A stretch of DNA of 50,172 nt from Lenisia limosa (taxonomy: Eukaryota > Protista > Breviatea), in NCBI GenBank assembly GCA_001655205.1, contig LPNZ01010759.1:1-50172 (forward strand). The letters run 5' to 3'. The notes beneath the pieces are model-generated. The model saw nothing but the letters and a program-made list of their open reading frames with translations, was not told where the DNA came from and did no database searches. The position numbers and the translations under genes were made by a program. Shown in pieces: positions 24,501-36,600 of this stretch (position 1 is its first letter; each line of letters starts with the position of its first letter).

Positions 24501-27404
24501 AAAAAAAAAAAAGCAAAATTTAGTGAGAACAATAAATGAATCNNNNNNNNNNNNNNNNNNNNNNNNNNNNNNNNNNNNNNNNNNNNNNNNNNNNNNNNNN
24601 NNNNNNNNNNNNNNNNNNNNNNNNNNNNNNNNNNNNNNNNNNNNNNNNNNNNNNNNNNNNNNNNNNNNNNNNNNNNNNNNNNNNNNNNNNNNNNNNNNNN
24701 NNNNNNNNNNNNNNNNNNNNNNNNNNNNNNNNNNNNGGCCATTCTCGTGCATGAGAGTGTCGAAGCCGGAGTCGTAGGAGATGACCGAGCGTTGTCCATT
24801 CGCAGTCACACGGCGAAGGTACTGCGGTTTTTTGAGTTTAGATATTTGGTGGGACAGTGGCGGAGTAGAATAAATGGAATCGTAGTCAGAAATAATAGAT
24901 CAGTTCAAAACGTTTCTTCTTGCTTACATCAAATGAGTGTTTGCAGGCTTCATCTTGTGAGGCATCTAGATGTGTCAGGGATTGTATAGTGCAGTATTCT
25001 GTGCTGCTTGTATTTAAAAGTAAAATTTGAGATGTCTGGCAATAAGTCCCTTTGGATTTTTCCAACATACCTGGGGGGAAGAAGTGGTCATTGACTGCTA
25101 TTTGGTTGTTCGGACCAACACGAATTTCTTCCTTGAACTCCGGGTGTCTAGATAGATAAGCAGTGATGAGAAGTACGATGCTATTCTCAGCAAATGAATC
25201 AGCCAATACCCACGTGAAGAGTTCGTCTCTGTTTCTCATAATGTTGTAGAAGGGAGAGTAGTTACCAACATACGTCAGGTTCGAATTGAGGCCATGCCAG
25301 ATCTCATCTGGGGGGGGGGGTGAGCTTCAGCTGGATCTATCCCTTCGTAATTTGTTGAACTGAATAATAGAACAAATGAAGTGTGAACCAGATGGAAGAG
25401 GTTGCTGTATCATATCTGTACATATAACGCTACTACAATATGAAACACTTCCAAATCATATCATATCCTTCGGTATACCAAGGCAAGAACAATGCATACC
25501 AATAAGGCAGTCTCCAGGCACAGCCTGCGAGGAGTAGTACCTGGAATGTCAAAACCTGAATATAATATACTCCCTTTCTTGGGGGGGGGGGGGNNNNNNN
25601 NNNNNNNNNNNNNNNNNNNNNNNNNNNNNNNNNNNNNNNNNNNNNNNNNNNNNNNNNNNNNNNNNNNNNNNNNNNNNNNNNNNNNNNNNNNNNNNNNNNN
25701 NNNNNNNNNNNNNNNNNNNNNGCATAGCCATGTAAATGGAGTGGCTGAGTCTTAGCCCAGGAACATCAAGGGTGAACTGCAGGCTGGACTCCTACAGACA
25801 TCATGCGGTTGAAATTCGGATGTATTGTATTGAGTTTTTTGGGTGAATATTTGACTATTTGTTGTGTTTTCAGACAGGCTCTTCTGTGCTTGAGACAGCA
25901 TCACAAATACAATGTCCATTGTTATAAAAATATTGCCTCTCACAGCAAAAAAAGCGATTTTCTCATACTTCTCACTTATCAGAACACCGAACGAAAGAAC
26001 CGTACCTTCATATCATCGTACAAATCAAAGGCAAATCTCTCGGGAAGTGCGTCAGTTACCACCCAAAGGAACTTGTCAAACTGCGGGAACGGCAAACTAC
26101 AGTACCTGCGAATATAAACGGCGGTATGGGGGTGTCATGTAAATGGCTAATAAAGGATGATACGCTGTATCGCCATGAAGAATGATAAACGATGCCTACT
26201 CGGCGTTGGGGCGGTCGATTCTGTTATTGACGTCGGCATCCATCATGGGACTGCCTGTTAGTTGGTGATGCCATGGTCTCACCCGACCGCTGGTCTTGAC
26301 CTGGGGGTGTAAAATTGGAAAATTAATGAAACAAAAAAAAAAGCCTGGGGGTGATGATGGGAATGATAGGGTTATTAGAAGACGATGATGAATACATGCA
26401 ATAATTATAATCTAAAACGAATCACAATCAATATACTGAAACGAAAGAAACTGCGATAATGAAAAGTACAATAAAGATTCACCCATTCCAACAGGAATAC
26501 TCTCCTTTATGTTAATGTCAAGGTCATTGAGCCACTCAGTCCAACGCTCAGCACCTGTGGGGGGGGGGGGGGNNNNNNNNNNNNNNNNNNNNNNNNNNNN
26601 NNNNNNNNNNNNNNNNNNNNNNNNNNNNNNNNNNNNNNNNNNNNNNNNNGTGGGCTCTGCGTCAATAAAATTTATAAATGCCCAATACCCTTGAAAAAAA
26701 GAGATATTGGGCAAATGTACGAGGTAGTGGAGTGGTAAAGGTTCAAGAAATAAACAGTTATATCCCCAAGTGAAGCAAGTATAAGGCTGTTGGAGGAATT
26801 TTTGTGTTACCTTGTCCTCCCAAAAAAGACTGAATTTTAGATACCATAAGATTTATTTTATCTGCCTTTTAACCGTGTTCAATATGGCAAAAGGTTACAA
26901 AAGAGTACCGTGCTTCAGATATCCGAGAGAAATTACCAATTTAAACCCTATTCTAGACATCAATGAAGATTGAAAAACAAGGTAAACAGTGGTAAAAGCA
27001 ACATTTTTCAAGTGAAATTAGAACGGGAACATAATGATGTGTTGACAAAAAGCGCAACCAGGAATACACAGTAGAGGGAACAAGAGGCAATAACCGAAGG
27101 GGAGAAGAGTGTTGATGGTTAGTTATTGATTCAAAATCAATAATTCGTCCCAAATAAGTTGAGATCGTCCATCGCAAACTCCCCAGCGGCTAGTCAGGAT
27201 TTTGTAAATCCATGGACCCACAGATCGCATCATCAAAATGCGTTCTCCCGAAAACACACAACACCAACCCACCTTCCTGCGACACATCGCGCTTAAATGA
27301 AGCTGGCTTCCAGGTTGAGGCTGCCCCGGAACACGTGGGGTTAGCAGGAAGAAGGATACCAGACGACTGTCTGAACTACGAGTGTGAGATGCTAGACGCT
27401 TCAT
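18552..27404 (-). CDS. GPI ethanolamine-phosphate transferase, PIG-G/PIG-O family (divergent): lumenal alkaline-phosphatase-fold domain plus polytopic C-terminus
   Basis: Phase-consistent exons give PFPQFDKFLWVVTDALPERF, FTLDVPGLRLSHSIYMAM, VPGDCLI, DEIWHGL, VISYDSGFDTLMHENG, NLLVT(gap), LHGGTMPHNDGFFIFY and LDITDVSATISSLLGGVSFPANSFG. These are collinear with PIG-G motifs (VIVLIDALR, GDETW, HYLGLDHIGH, HG.SS, TDVAATLAIALGLPIP.DSVG). About 12 hydrophobic exons follow (22800 down to 18600). Start codon and last exon are uncertain. Confidence 0.75.
19199..19328 (-). ncRNA. Intronic structured RNA candidate, copy 3 (H/ACA snoRNA-like)
   Basis: In an intron of the GPI transferase gene, sense to the host. 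Fully paired 8-bp hairpin GCACGCAG-AAAG-CTGTGTGC (one G-U), ATACTA, a 3' stem and terminal ACA. Highly similar to the two CysRS copies. Confidence 0.55.
22519..22608. repeat. Intronic 36-37-bp minisatellite running into a gap
   Basis: AAAGAGACCCCCC(C)ACCCATCCGGGGCAATACGC.. about 2.5 copies, then N. Confidence 0.85.
23846..23933. repeat. Intronic 28-bp perfect tandem repeat x3
   Basis: TTGAGGTTTATCAAGAATTAAGTCTTAT starts at 23846, 23874 and 23902. Confidence 0.95.
24182..24238. repeat. 24-bp direct repeat with 33-bp period
   Basis: ACATAGCACTTCGAAGTTACAATA at 24182 and 24215. Confidence 0.9.
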
Positions 27405-27839
27405 GAAGCTTCTAGGTCTTGTAGTGATGGTATTTAGGTATTTTGATAATGTTGATGGTCAGGGGCCAACCTGGAACTCCGCAGTGAGACTACTGAGGGT
27501 AAATAGGACAATCAAAGCCGTTATAATTGAGAAAAGCACCGTAAATCGTGGTGAATTCCATTCTTTAAAACTTTGAGGAATGAAGAAGAGGATCCGAGGG
27601 CTTAAGAGCTTCATTGTGAGTGGGGTTGTTGATTTTTCTTAGAGTGGTATACACATTAACTGTCTACTTTACGTCATCTAATCAATAAACTGCATTTATC
27701 CCTACGTCTATACAACCCATTGTGATTCCCAAAATTCCATTTCACTAGAATTTAAATAGTGTATAACATGGGGGAAATTATATTGCTATAAAAAATAACG
27801 AAGTTTTTTTGGTCCTCTTTCTTAGCTGACGTAGTTGAA

Positions 27840-30492
27840 ATGAATATATTATTAGCAACAGTATTTGTATCGATATGGTTCTTGACGGCAGTGACCGCCT
27901 TCCCTGAGATCCACAAGGAATTCGTAAGGCTTTTGCTTCGCTTTCCTGATTCACCATGCAGCATATTCCTGGAAACAAAACGATCAACACAATCTTTGAA
28001 CTTATCCATGACAATAAGAAATGGGACAATGTGAGTCTGTTTCATTTCCCATCATTTACCATTTTTTGCGGACCCACATTCCCACGCATACCTTTCTTCT
28101 GACGCAATGTTTCTCTTTAACCAAGGCTTCCTTTTTCTTTGTTCATTCCTTTTTGAAAGATTCCAACATCCCCACTAATCCTTTTCAAGTTGTAACTGTT
28201 TTAGATTGACATCTTCATGAATGGAAAGATAGAGTTTGTTGGGCGTGGGTATTTGGTGAATTCATCTGGAATTTTGGGAATTCTTGACACTTTGCGCAAT
28301 ATTAACAATTCCATATTTTGTGTTTATGCATCCAGCGTCTTCTGTGATCCTCAACCCTTTGTGAATCTTAATATTCACTTCAGGGGCAGTGCCAATACCA
28401 CAATGATTTTTGATGCTTGTGGGTGGATATTTGCATTGTTTTTTTAACATCTTGTTCAAGTAGCTGGTTAAGTTTGAATATGATATTTTATTATTTCTTT
28501 CTCACATTTCAATGAAAGGACTGTAATTGACTTTTTGTAACATTTATCGTTCTAATTCGCTTTAGGCTCAACTGCGCTCACTTTCAAAGACTCCACAGTC
28601 CTCTTCGAAAACATTGTGTTTGATGTGGGTTGGGAATATCTTAGGTATACAGATGGCCTTTTTCAATAGGATTGTATTATGGTGTGGACATGCTAGCTTC
28701 TTAACCTTTTGTTTCAAGAAATACCAAATGACATAAAAGGAACACAATAGGGGAAATACATACATCAATGCGGTATACAAAATTCATCTTTAGAATTTTT
28801 ATTTGTTTTCAATGGATATGATCACCCTTACCCTTTGATTCACTTTTCAAGGCTGCTGATGCTGAGCTGCTCGTCAAAGCGGACAACACGGATGTGACAA
28901 TGCAAGTGAGAAGGCCGTTGTAATGGTCCAGCTTTATCACATGTTATCAAAGATAATTCTAACTTCCTTTATTTTCCCTCCATTTTGTATTCTAACATCC
29001 AGGGAGTGGATGCCAATGCTAAGTCGCTGATTGACTTTGAATACGGCAAATTCGCCTTTTTGAATTCCAAGGTAACCCAATGTACAAGTAAATCGATAAT
29101 AAGGGTCATTTGAATTCGCCTGACCACCCAGGCCAAGTCCACCAAGGGGGGAGTCAAGGTGATGCATGGTACCTTCGAAATGGTTTGTGGCAGTGTTTTT
29201 TTGGAATGGGAACGTGCTGTCAACTCTCACATTGGAAAGGATTGTCTTGACATTTCCAGTTCAACAGTGAATTAGACCAGTCGTCCATTGAAGTGACAAA
29301 GGGGTCAGTGGACATCCAACAGAGCAATATTTATGATAACGAGCTGATGAGGTAGGCTTATCTTCATAATTAATGATTTCGGGAGTTATTTTTTTCTTGT
29401 TTGACTTCTCTTTGTTGAAACAATTCCCCAATTCAGCTTTGGGACACGTTTTATTCCAGTAGCTTCCGTGGAGTGGAAATGACCCTTCTCGACTCTGAGT
29501 TTTATGATAACAATGACTTCCGCTCCGCTGATGTCGTGATTGCTGTATGTTTAGGGGGGGTTTCAAGAACAAACCCCATGCATGTCATCAAAACACTCAC
29601 ATGATGTTAGGTTTCTCGGTAATATGAAAACTAAGTTTCTTTAGGAGAGTATGGTTCGCGTTTTGAATGCGGAGTTTCACCACTATTGCCTTGCCCTGGA
29701 TTCGTAAGCTGACTGATTATACCCCTCCTTTCTTATTCCACGTTTTTTCACTTTCTCTTATTAATTGTCCTTTCATCTGGAAACACACCTAGAAATCATA
29801 TCTATCACCTTTCGTGAATCAAGGCACAAACTTTGATATAATATCATAGTAATTAACACCACCAGAACAAGCATGGTAGCTGGAGGGAAGGTGGACGTTT
29901 TCTGCAGTGAAAAGTCCGCTGTTAAACTGAAGAATGCTTCAACCCTGACCTTCAATGGCTCCGTTGGGGGGTCAATCAGATCTTGTAAAAAGCTTATACG
30001 TGGATTCAACCTTCTCTATTATGAGGAATACTCGTCTTAGAATTCCACTTTATTAACCATCTCATCTCCCAGGAGTTTGACGCAGGTTCGACGAAATACT
30101 GCTTTGATATTAGCAGTAGCTCAAAGGTCACTGGAGAACGCTACGACTTTGGCTGTCCAATTGGGTCGGTCCAACCATATGGGAGGACACAATATAAAAC
30201 ATCTACTCTTGTTTTTTCGTTTTCAATCATATTCACTCGTATGGGGGTATGGGGTAACACACATAGAGCGCACCTTGACCATACCGGGTCTATTTCTGCC
30301 AAGAAGTCTCTACATGTGGGTGGTCCTGATATGTTTGTCGAAATTTGTTCTCTTACACCAAAAATTGGATTATCCCTAACAACATATCATTTTTATGCTC
30401 TTCCTTAGTTTTTACTGAGTTTTACTTCTCAGAAACCAGCTGAGAACTGCAAGGGAATTCTTTCACAACCTCAAAATTGTGTCATTAACTAG
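27840..30492 (+). CDS. Uncharacterised secreted protein, probable right-handed beta-helix/beta-solenoid
   Basis: Signal peptide MNILLATVFVSIWFLTAVTA. Many short exons with beta-strand periodicity: IDIFMNGKIEFVGR, TALTFKDSTVLFENIVFD, LIDFEYGKFAFLNSK, GGVKVMHGTFEM, SIEVTKGSVDIQQSNIYDN and VEMTLLDSEFYDNN. Cys-containing C-terminus ends ..PQNCVIN*. The fold call is inference. Confidence 0.65.
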
Positions 30493-30677
30493 AATATTGT
30501 TTTCTACTTTGTTTTTTGTCTTTGTCTCTAATCTATATTCTCGATTCTTCTGATATGGTTTGATATCAATATACTGTTTCTAGCTACTAATAAAAATACA
30601 TTCATTCTTGACAGAAACAAGGAAACAGGAAACATAACAAATAGATTTCAGTTCAATAGACAGGAGCGGCGTAAGCG

Positions 30678-33600
30678 TTATTGGAATTTGTGGGATTTAG
30701 GATTATTGGGGTAGCAGGGGCTGTCGGAGAAACTCAGGGTGTTGTGCGGCATTGAAATCTCGAACTTGGTGCCGTCCATGCGGGTCCTGGGGAGATGAGG
30801 GAAGTGATAAATGTTGGGATGCGACAAAATTGGAACTCCAGCTGTATAATAGATATCACATATGAACAAACCAGCAAAACTGAATCATTAGACTAAGAAA
30901 GCCACCTACATGGGGTGTACTTGGGGTATAGACAACATTACCGCTTTGAGCCCTTCGTCGAGGCTGTTCAACTGATAATGTATCATCATGAGGCCTNNNN
31001 NNNNNNNNNNNNNNNNNNNNNNNNNNNNNNNNNNNNNNNNNNNNNNNNNNNNNNNNNNNNNNNNNNNNNNNNNNNNNNNNNNNNNNNNNNNNNNNNNNNN
31101 NNNNNNNNNNNNNNNNNNNNNNNNNNNNNNNNNNNNNNNNNNNNNNNCTTCGGGTTATTAGATTTTTTGAAACACAACAAGAAGCAATACAGACAGAGTA
31201 ACCACACAGTGTTTCACCCACGTCATTGGGTCACTTAGAGTTGTGTGAGCTCGCCTGCCTGCACGGGGGGTTCGAGATTTCGGCGCTATGGATGATGAAA
31301 AAGCCAATCTGAATTCAAAATAATGTGCGGTTTATGGTACCCCAATGTATTTTTATGTAGAATATATATAGTATATCATATCATATTTAATGGATTGCCT
31401 TTCTCTCAAAAAAAATCATGTTGCGGTACAAATCTGAAAAAGACACCCCCTCACCTGGCCCGGGGTTGCCATATGGCGATTTCTCAAGTCTCTCTTGGAA
31501 AGAAGGGAAGGATGGCTGGAGAGGAATATCCAAAAAGTCCTCGGATGGTTGAGTCTAAGGGGGCGGGGTGTAAAATTGGAAAATTTATGAGAAAAAGAAA
31601 AAAACAAAACAATACAAATCAATTCTGTTGTCTGACAACACACAACGGTTGATAACAATAAAACAAAGCCCAGGCCAGGGGGTGGGGGGTGGGTAGATAG
31701 ATTGCGTAATAATTATAATTTCACTGCATCCAACTGTGACGAAAGCGTGACCCGAACTCTATCGTATCACAACCTGTATTCCCCGTATCAACGAACAATA
31801 GAAATTATTAAATGAAACAAGCACAACAATGAAAAACGTAGATACGCCCTTATATTCACATACTGCCTACAGCTTGTTTTAGGGACTTCCCTCTGGTCGG
31901 TCTTCGAGACAACAAGGGTGACGATGCCGATGCAAGGGAGGTGGAAGGCTCCAATTGCTGAGGTCGGCGCAGGAACTCTGCAAGTTGGCTGGACAGTTCT
32001 GCAAGGCTCTCATGGGTGTGATTGAGCTCAATTTCAAGCTTTAGCTGGGGGGGGGGNNNNNNNNNNNNNNNNNNNNNNNNNNNNNNNNNNNNNNNNNNNN
32101 NNNNNNNNNNNNNNNNNNNNNNNNNNNNACAAGCCTTTCATCAGACACCCCTCACAAGCCTTTGGTTCATCCCTGCGTCAGGAACTTCGGAAGAAGCCGT
32201 TCTCTGTACAACACGAGAGCTTGTGAGAATTAGAGAGAGGGTTAGTACATTCATATAATATCATATGCAAAAATACAGGGATTAAAGTGCAATAAATGGG
32301 ATTGGGGAAAGAGAAGTGTACTTCGAATGAATTGGCGAAGATGCTTCATGCACCGTTCAAAGAATATTAACTGACTATATTTTGTCCTTTTTATGTGATG
32401 GTGTAGTCAACGTGGACAGTTCCATTTTTTTTTTATTCTATTTACAAATAAACCTGATAATACACTTTATCTCAAGTATTGAATATATACTTCAAACAAT
32501 ATACTTTGTATGAAACGCAGTTTCACACCACAATCCCCATAGAAATCATTATTTACAAGAAAAGTAGGGTTCCGATCGTCTAATAGTGCTTACCGTCGAG
32601 AGACCGGCCTGAGGAGGGAGCGTGAACTTTGCCCCCGTTCGGACCGTTTGTCTTCGGAAATTTGACTGGAACGTTAAAGCAAAAAAGAGATCACTGAGTT
32701 GACAAAAGAAGATGTTTAATGTTGGACACCAACAACAAAACGCAAAATATCATCTGGATCTAAATTTCAAGGAAGAGATCCACATCATAAAGGAGCAAAG
32801 TAATATAGCCTCACCAAAGGGCAGCACTCCTCTCTTCAAGATTCTGAAGCTTCTGATTCAGTGCTGAGGGGTAAATTAGGTGCAAAATACTCAAAATAAT
32901 ACAATAAAAATATAACATGTGAAAATAAGATAATGGCATATTGTTAGAATTGGCAAGCTGCCAGTTGCATTGGATCCACCCACTACTGACAACGGTTGAC
33001 GTTTGCGAAGACGGGCGCGATACAAACCTGGAGTGTCAACTTAGTGCCTTAAAGTCATGGACAAAAAACTAAAAAAAAAAAACTTATCAATCTAAGATTG
33101 ATATCCTTGCAACCCTTTCAGATATCTACACCCCCCCCCCCCNNNNNNNNNNNNNNNNNNNNNNNNNNNNNNNNNNNNNNNNNNNNNNNNNNNNNNNNNN
33201 NNNNNNNNNNNNNNNNNNNNNNNNNNNNNNNNNNNNNNNNNNNNNTAAGTCCTCCTCCATCTAGTGCGTGTGATCGAGGAAATTTGGATATCAATAATTG
33301 TGTGCTATATACAAAACCCAGAATTAGATCGGTACAGATGCTGGTAAATTAGTAAATTGATCAGGCAACAAAAATAAAGAGCCGTGTGACTGAAGAATAA
33401 GAACAACTGGTTCACCAAACACACCCTGTCAATAGCTTGTTGGGCAGAGTGAATATCATTCACCAAATGTGACGTCTCTTCTTCATCAAGAACCTGCGGA
33501 GTAAATTACATCATGATTCCGGGGATTCAAGGCTCCATGAACTCAATATATCAGCCCCATCTCTGACATACCATATTCCGATCTTTGTCGTATCTTTTGA

Positions 33601-36600
33601 AGATGTCATCAGCTGTGATCTCAGTATCCACCCCCTTGAGCACTCTGCGGAGTAACGGTGGAGAAGAAGTGAAGGGGGGGGCAATGACAAACAGCTTTAG
33701 ATGTAACAAGAGAAATAAAAAGAAGCATAGATGTCTCGAAAAAAAAGAAAACACAATCAACAAAGAAAAGTAAAGACCCCTGTTCAGGTTTACCGAGCCA
33801 AAGTACAGAGACCGCGGTAAGTTTGTTGGCTGTTTTGTGTAATAGTTAATGGTGATGATGATTTGGTCGTTCCTCATGGTTGACACCGACCTTCATTCAA
33901 ATGCTTCTTCCACCCATGTACATAGTATACTTCCTTGTTTAGCTAATGCAGCAGTCAAAACCCTTGACCGAGAAAGTAGTGCCTCTGAAATTCAAGCAAT
34001 CACCAAATTCCTTCTTGTCCAGGTACAACGGTTTGAATGTGGAGTTGCGAAGAAAGGCAGTCCATCATGCCATTCAAATGTACTCCTTCCCCTCCAAACC
34101 ACTCTCCTGCAGCTTTGCGAGGACAATTGAGTACACAGGTTTACCAGAGTTAGTGTTGGTTCACTTGGAACTGAGAGACCAGCTATGGAAATAAAAACTT
34201 ATCAGGAAGCAATTGATTGTCAAGTGGAAGTCTTGTTAATTGAAATAATTAAATGATTCGGAACAAGCTCTGAAACAGTTACAAGTGTTTATCCGGATAA
34301 ATGTGGATTTAAACGGTAGTGACATTTCATCGGAAGATGATATCTCGAATGCAGAATTTTGTGATTATTTTCAATGTCTCATATTGGATTGACTGTCTCG
34401 GAAACGACTCTCAGAAGGTGGATTAAGGAACGGTTTGTCTATTGTTGATGTTTTATTGATTCTTTAGTGCGACGAATATTGAGAGCAAACTCAAAGAGCT
34501 ATTTAAGGAAACCCCGTCTCATGATGGGTAACGACAATATAAAGATTGCTGAGGTAAGTTTTCAATTTTTCATCCATTTTCTTACCCATTCTCCTTCTGC
34601 TTTCAGATGTCAATGTCCCCGGATAAAAAGAGCCGATGATCTCATTTTGGTAGGTTTTGGGAGAAGGTTGATTGTATTTGTGTGGGTTGTGTCATATTTT
34701 CATATCATACTGCAAGATGCTAAGTCATCCAATTTTCTAGGATCCTTTTGGATAATCCAGATATGTAATCGTAGAAGAAAGCCAAGGATACAATGCGCAT
34801 TGCATTGGCACGCAACGGTACGCTGCATTCTTTTAACTTTGAATACCTCAATTGTTATCTTTTCCAATATTAGCAGATTGATGATACAACATCTAAAACT
34901 AAATATGGAAACGTCCCCCCCCCCACTCCTCCAGTTCAACACGGTCAATGACCCGGTCTTGATTAGTGTCAGCAGCCTGCAGTCCCTCCTCTAGTTGATC
35001 GGCAGTTTCTCGCTTCTGTCGTAGAATTACCCGAAGCGCTGAAACACGCTGGTGCGAGTTAAAACTTGGGTGAATGAAAAAAAGTGTGTTGGGATAACCA
35101 CAATAGATAATTTGATTTAATGAGTTCGCCTTAAAAAAAAAGAAAGACACGAATATTGCATACCTTGTTAAAGTACTGTTTGACAGCTTGCGAAAAGTCG
35201 ACTTCGGGACTCCGGCTTTTGACCACGTCAAACGCATCCTGGATGATAGCCAAAAACATACTCTAAATTGGGTTACTACGGTTTTTCACTTCATCCAAAT
35301 AACACTCAACTCTCATAAGCAATTCACCTCCCCACGCACCAAAAGAACAAAATACACAAGTAGCTGGAAAGTGATGAAGAAGGGTGGTGCAAGCCATCGG
35401 TTCTGAAAAGGTCACATTTAACCAAGCTGTTCCCCGCTATCATCATACGTTCCGCTGAAAAGGAATCCACACTTCAGATTTACTTCACACAAACTTTTAA
35501 AATAATGATTAAAAAAGCACCTTCCTGAATCCTACACTAAGGCGCATCTCCATCAAGTCGAAATCTCCAAGTAACATGATAAACAGCGAGTACGTAGAGT
35601 TAAGCAAAGATCTAAATGGATGGTCAATGAGGAATGATTAAAATGGATGGTCAATGAATGGATAGTCACGCTAACTATTCGTCCCCATAAGCCCGCCCAC
35701 CTGAACCGATATAAGTCAGGGCCGAAGAGGACCTGGCCGCAAAGCGAGTACGCAAAGAATACGATACTGAACATGCAGAAGAACACAAAAAGGTCGCCCA
35801 TGGCCTACATTGATCAGCCGGATTTTCGTTGATAAAAGGAAACAGTTTTGCCAAGACTGCCATCAACTGATAACACCATGAGCGAACCTCCTTTAGTGTA
35901 TCAATAAGCTGGCTCAGCCGCCCAGAAATCCGCAGGTACTTGAAGGTCTTAAACCAAACCAGAACCGCGTTAACCTATACGGGTAATAATATATCATATG
36001 ATAAAAAGCAATGAGAAATGAAAACCAACTAGAATATATATACATTATACTCTACATATTATACATGTATGGAGCTAGTATATATAGGAAAACAACGCTG
36101 CGAGTATGAGACAGGTAGATAATGTAATGATGATTAAAAAACAAGAAACACCTCAAGGCAACCCACTGAAATGACATTTCTTGCCTGGTCTTCCCAGAAC
36201 CCCAAAGGAGCGAAGTTGGCGTGGTCACTGTCCTTCAGTTCGCCGAGATCGGAGAGCAAGGATTGTGTCCTGGGAGTGAATACAATAATTATGATAAAAA
36301 TACAGGGGCAGGACTAACGCATCTCAAATCCCAAACAAAAAAAACAAAAAAAAAACAAAAGAAACAGGAAATACAGCCCCCGTTGACTCAAAGAAGGAAT
36401 AAACTCTCAGGATGATGAAGACCATGAACAGAACTAGGTTCATTCCATCAAGCCAGTTCCAGAAGGAGTGTAGGTAGGTGAAGCCAGTTCGTCGAAACTC
36501 TCGCGACTGAGTTGTTAACATTAAGCAGACATGGGTAAAGGTTCCCAGTCCCATTGATAAGCAAATCGATAACTGCCTTCCCTATCCAAAATCAATCAAG

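Noticed and set aside
21400-25240. Pecanex-like similarity (RPMYY..HRF; LSRHPEFKE)
   Set aside because: Domain order is opposite to pecanex, and collinear PIG-G/O motifs explain the gene better.
27353-27360. U12-type donor-like GTATCCTT (also at about 20298 minus and 6717 plus; ATATCCTTT at about 12296 minus)
   Set aside because: No matching TCCTTAAC branch point at a plausible distance, and the gene models do not require these donors.
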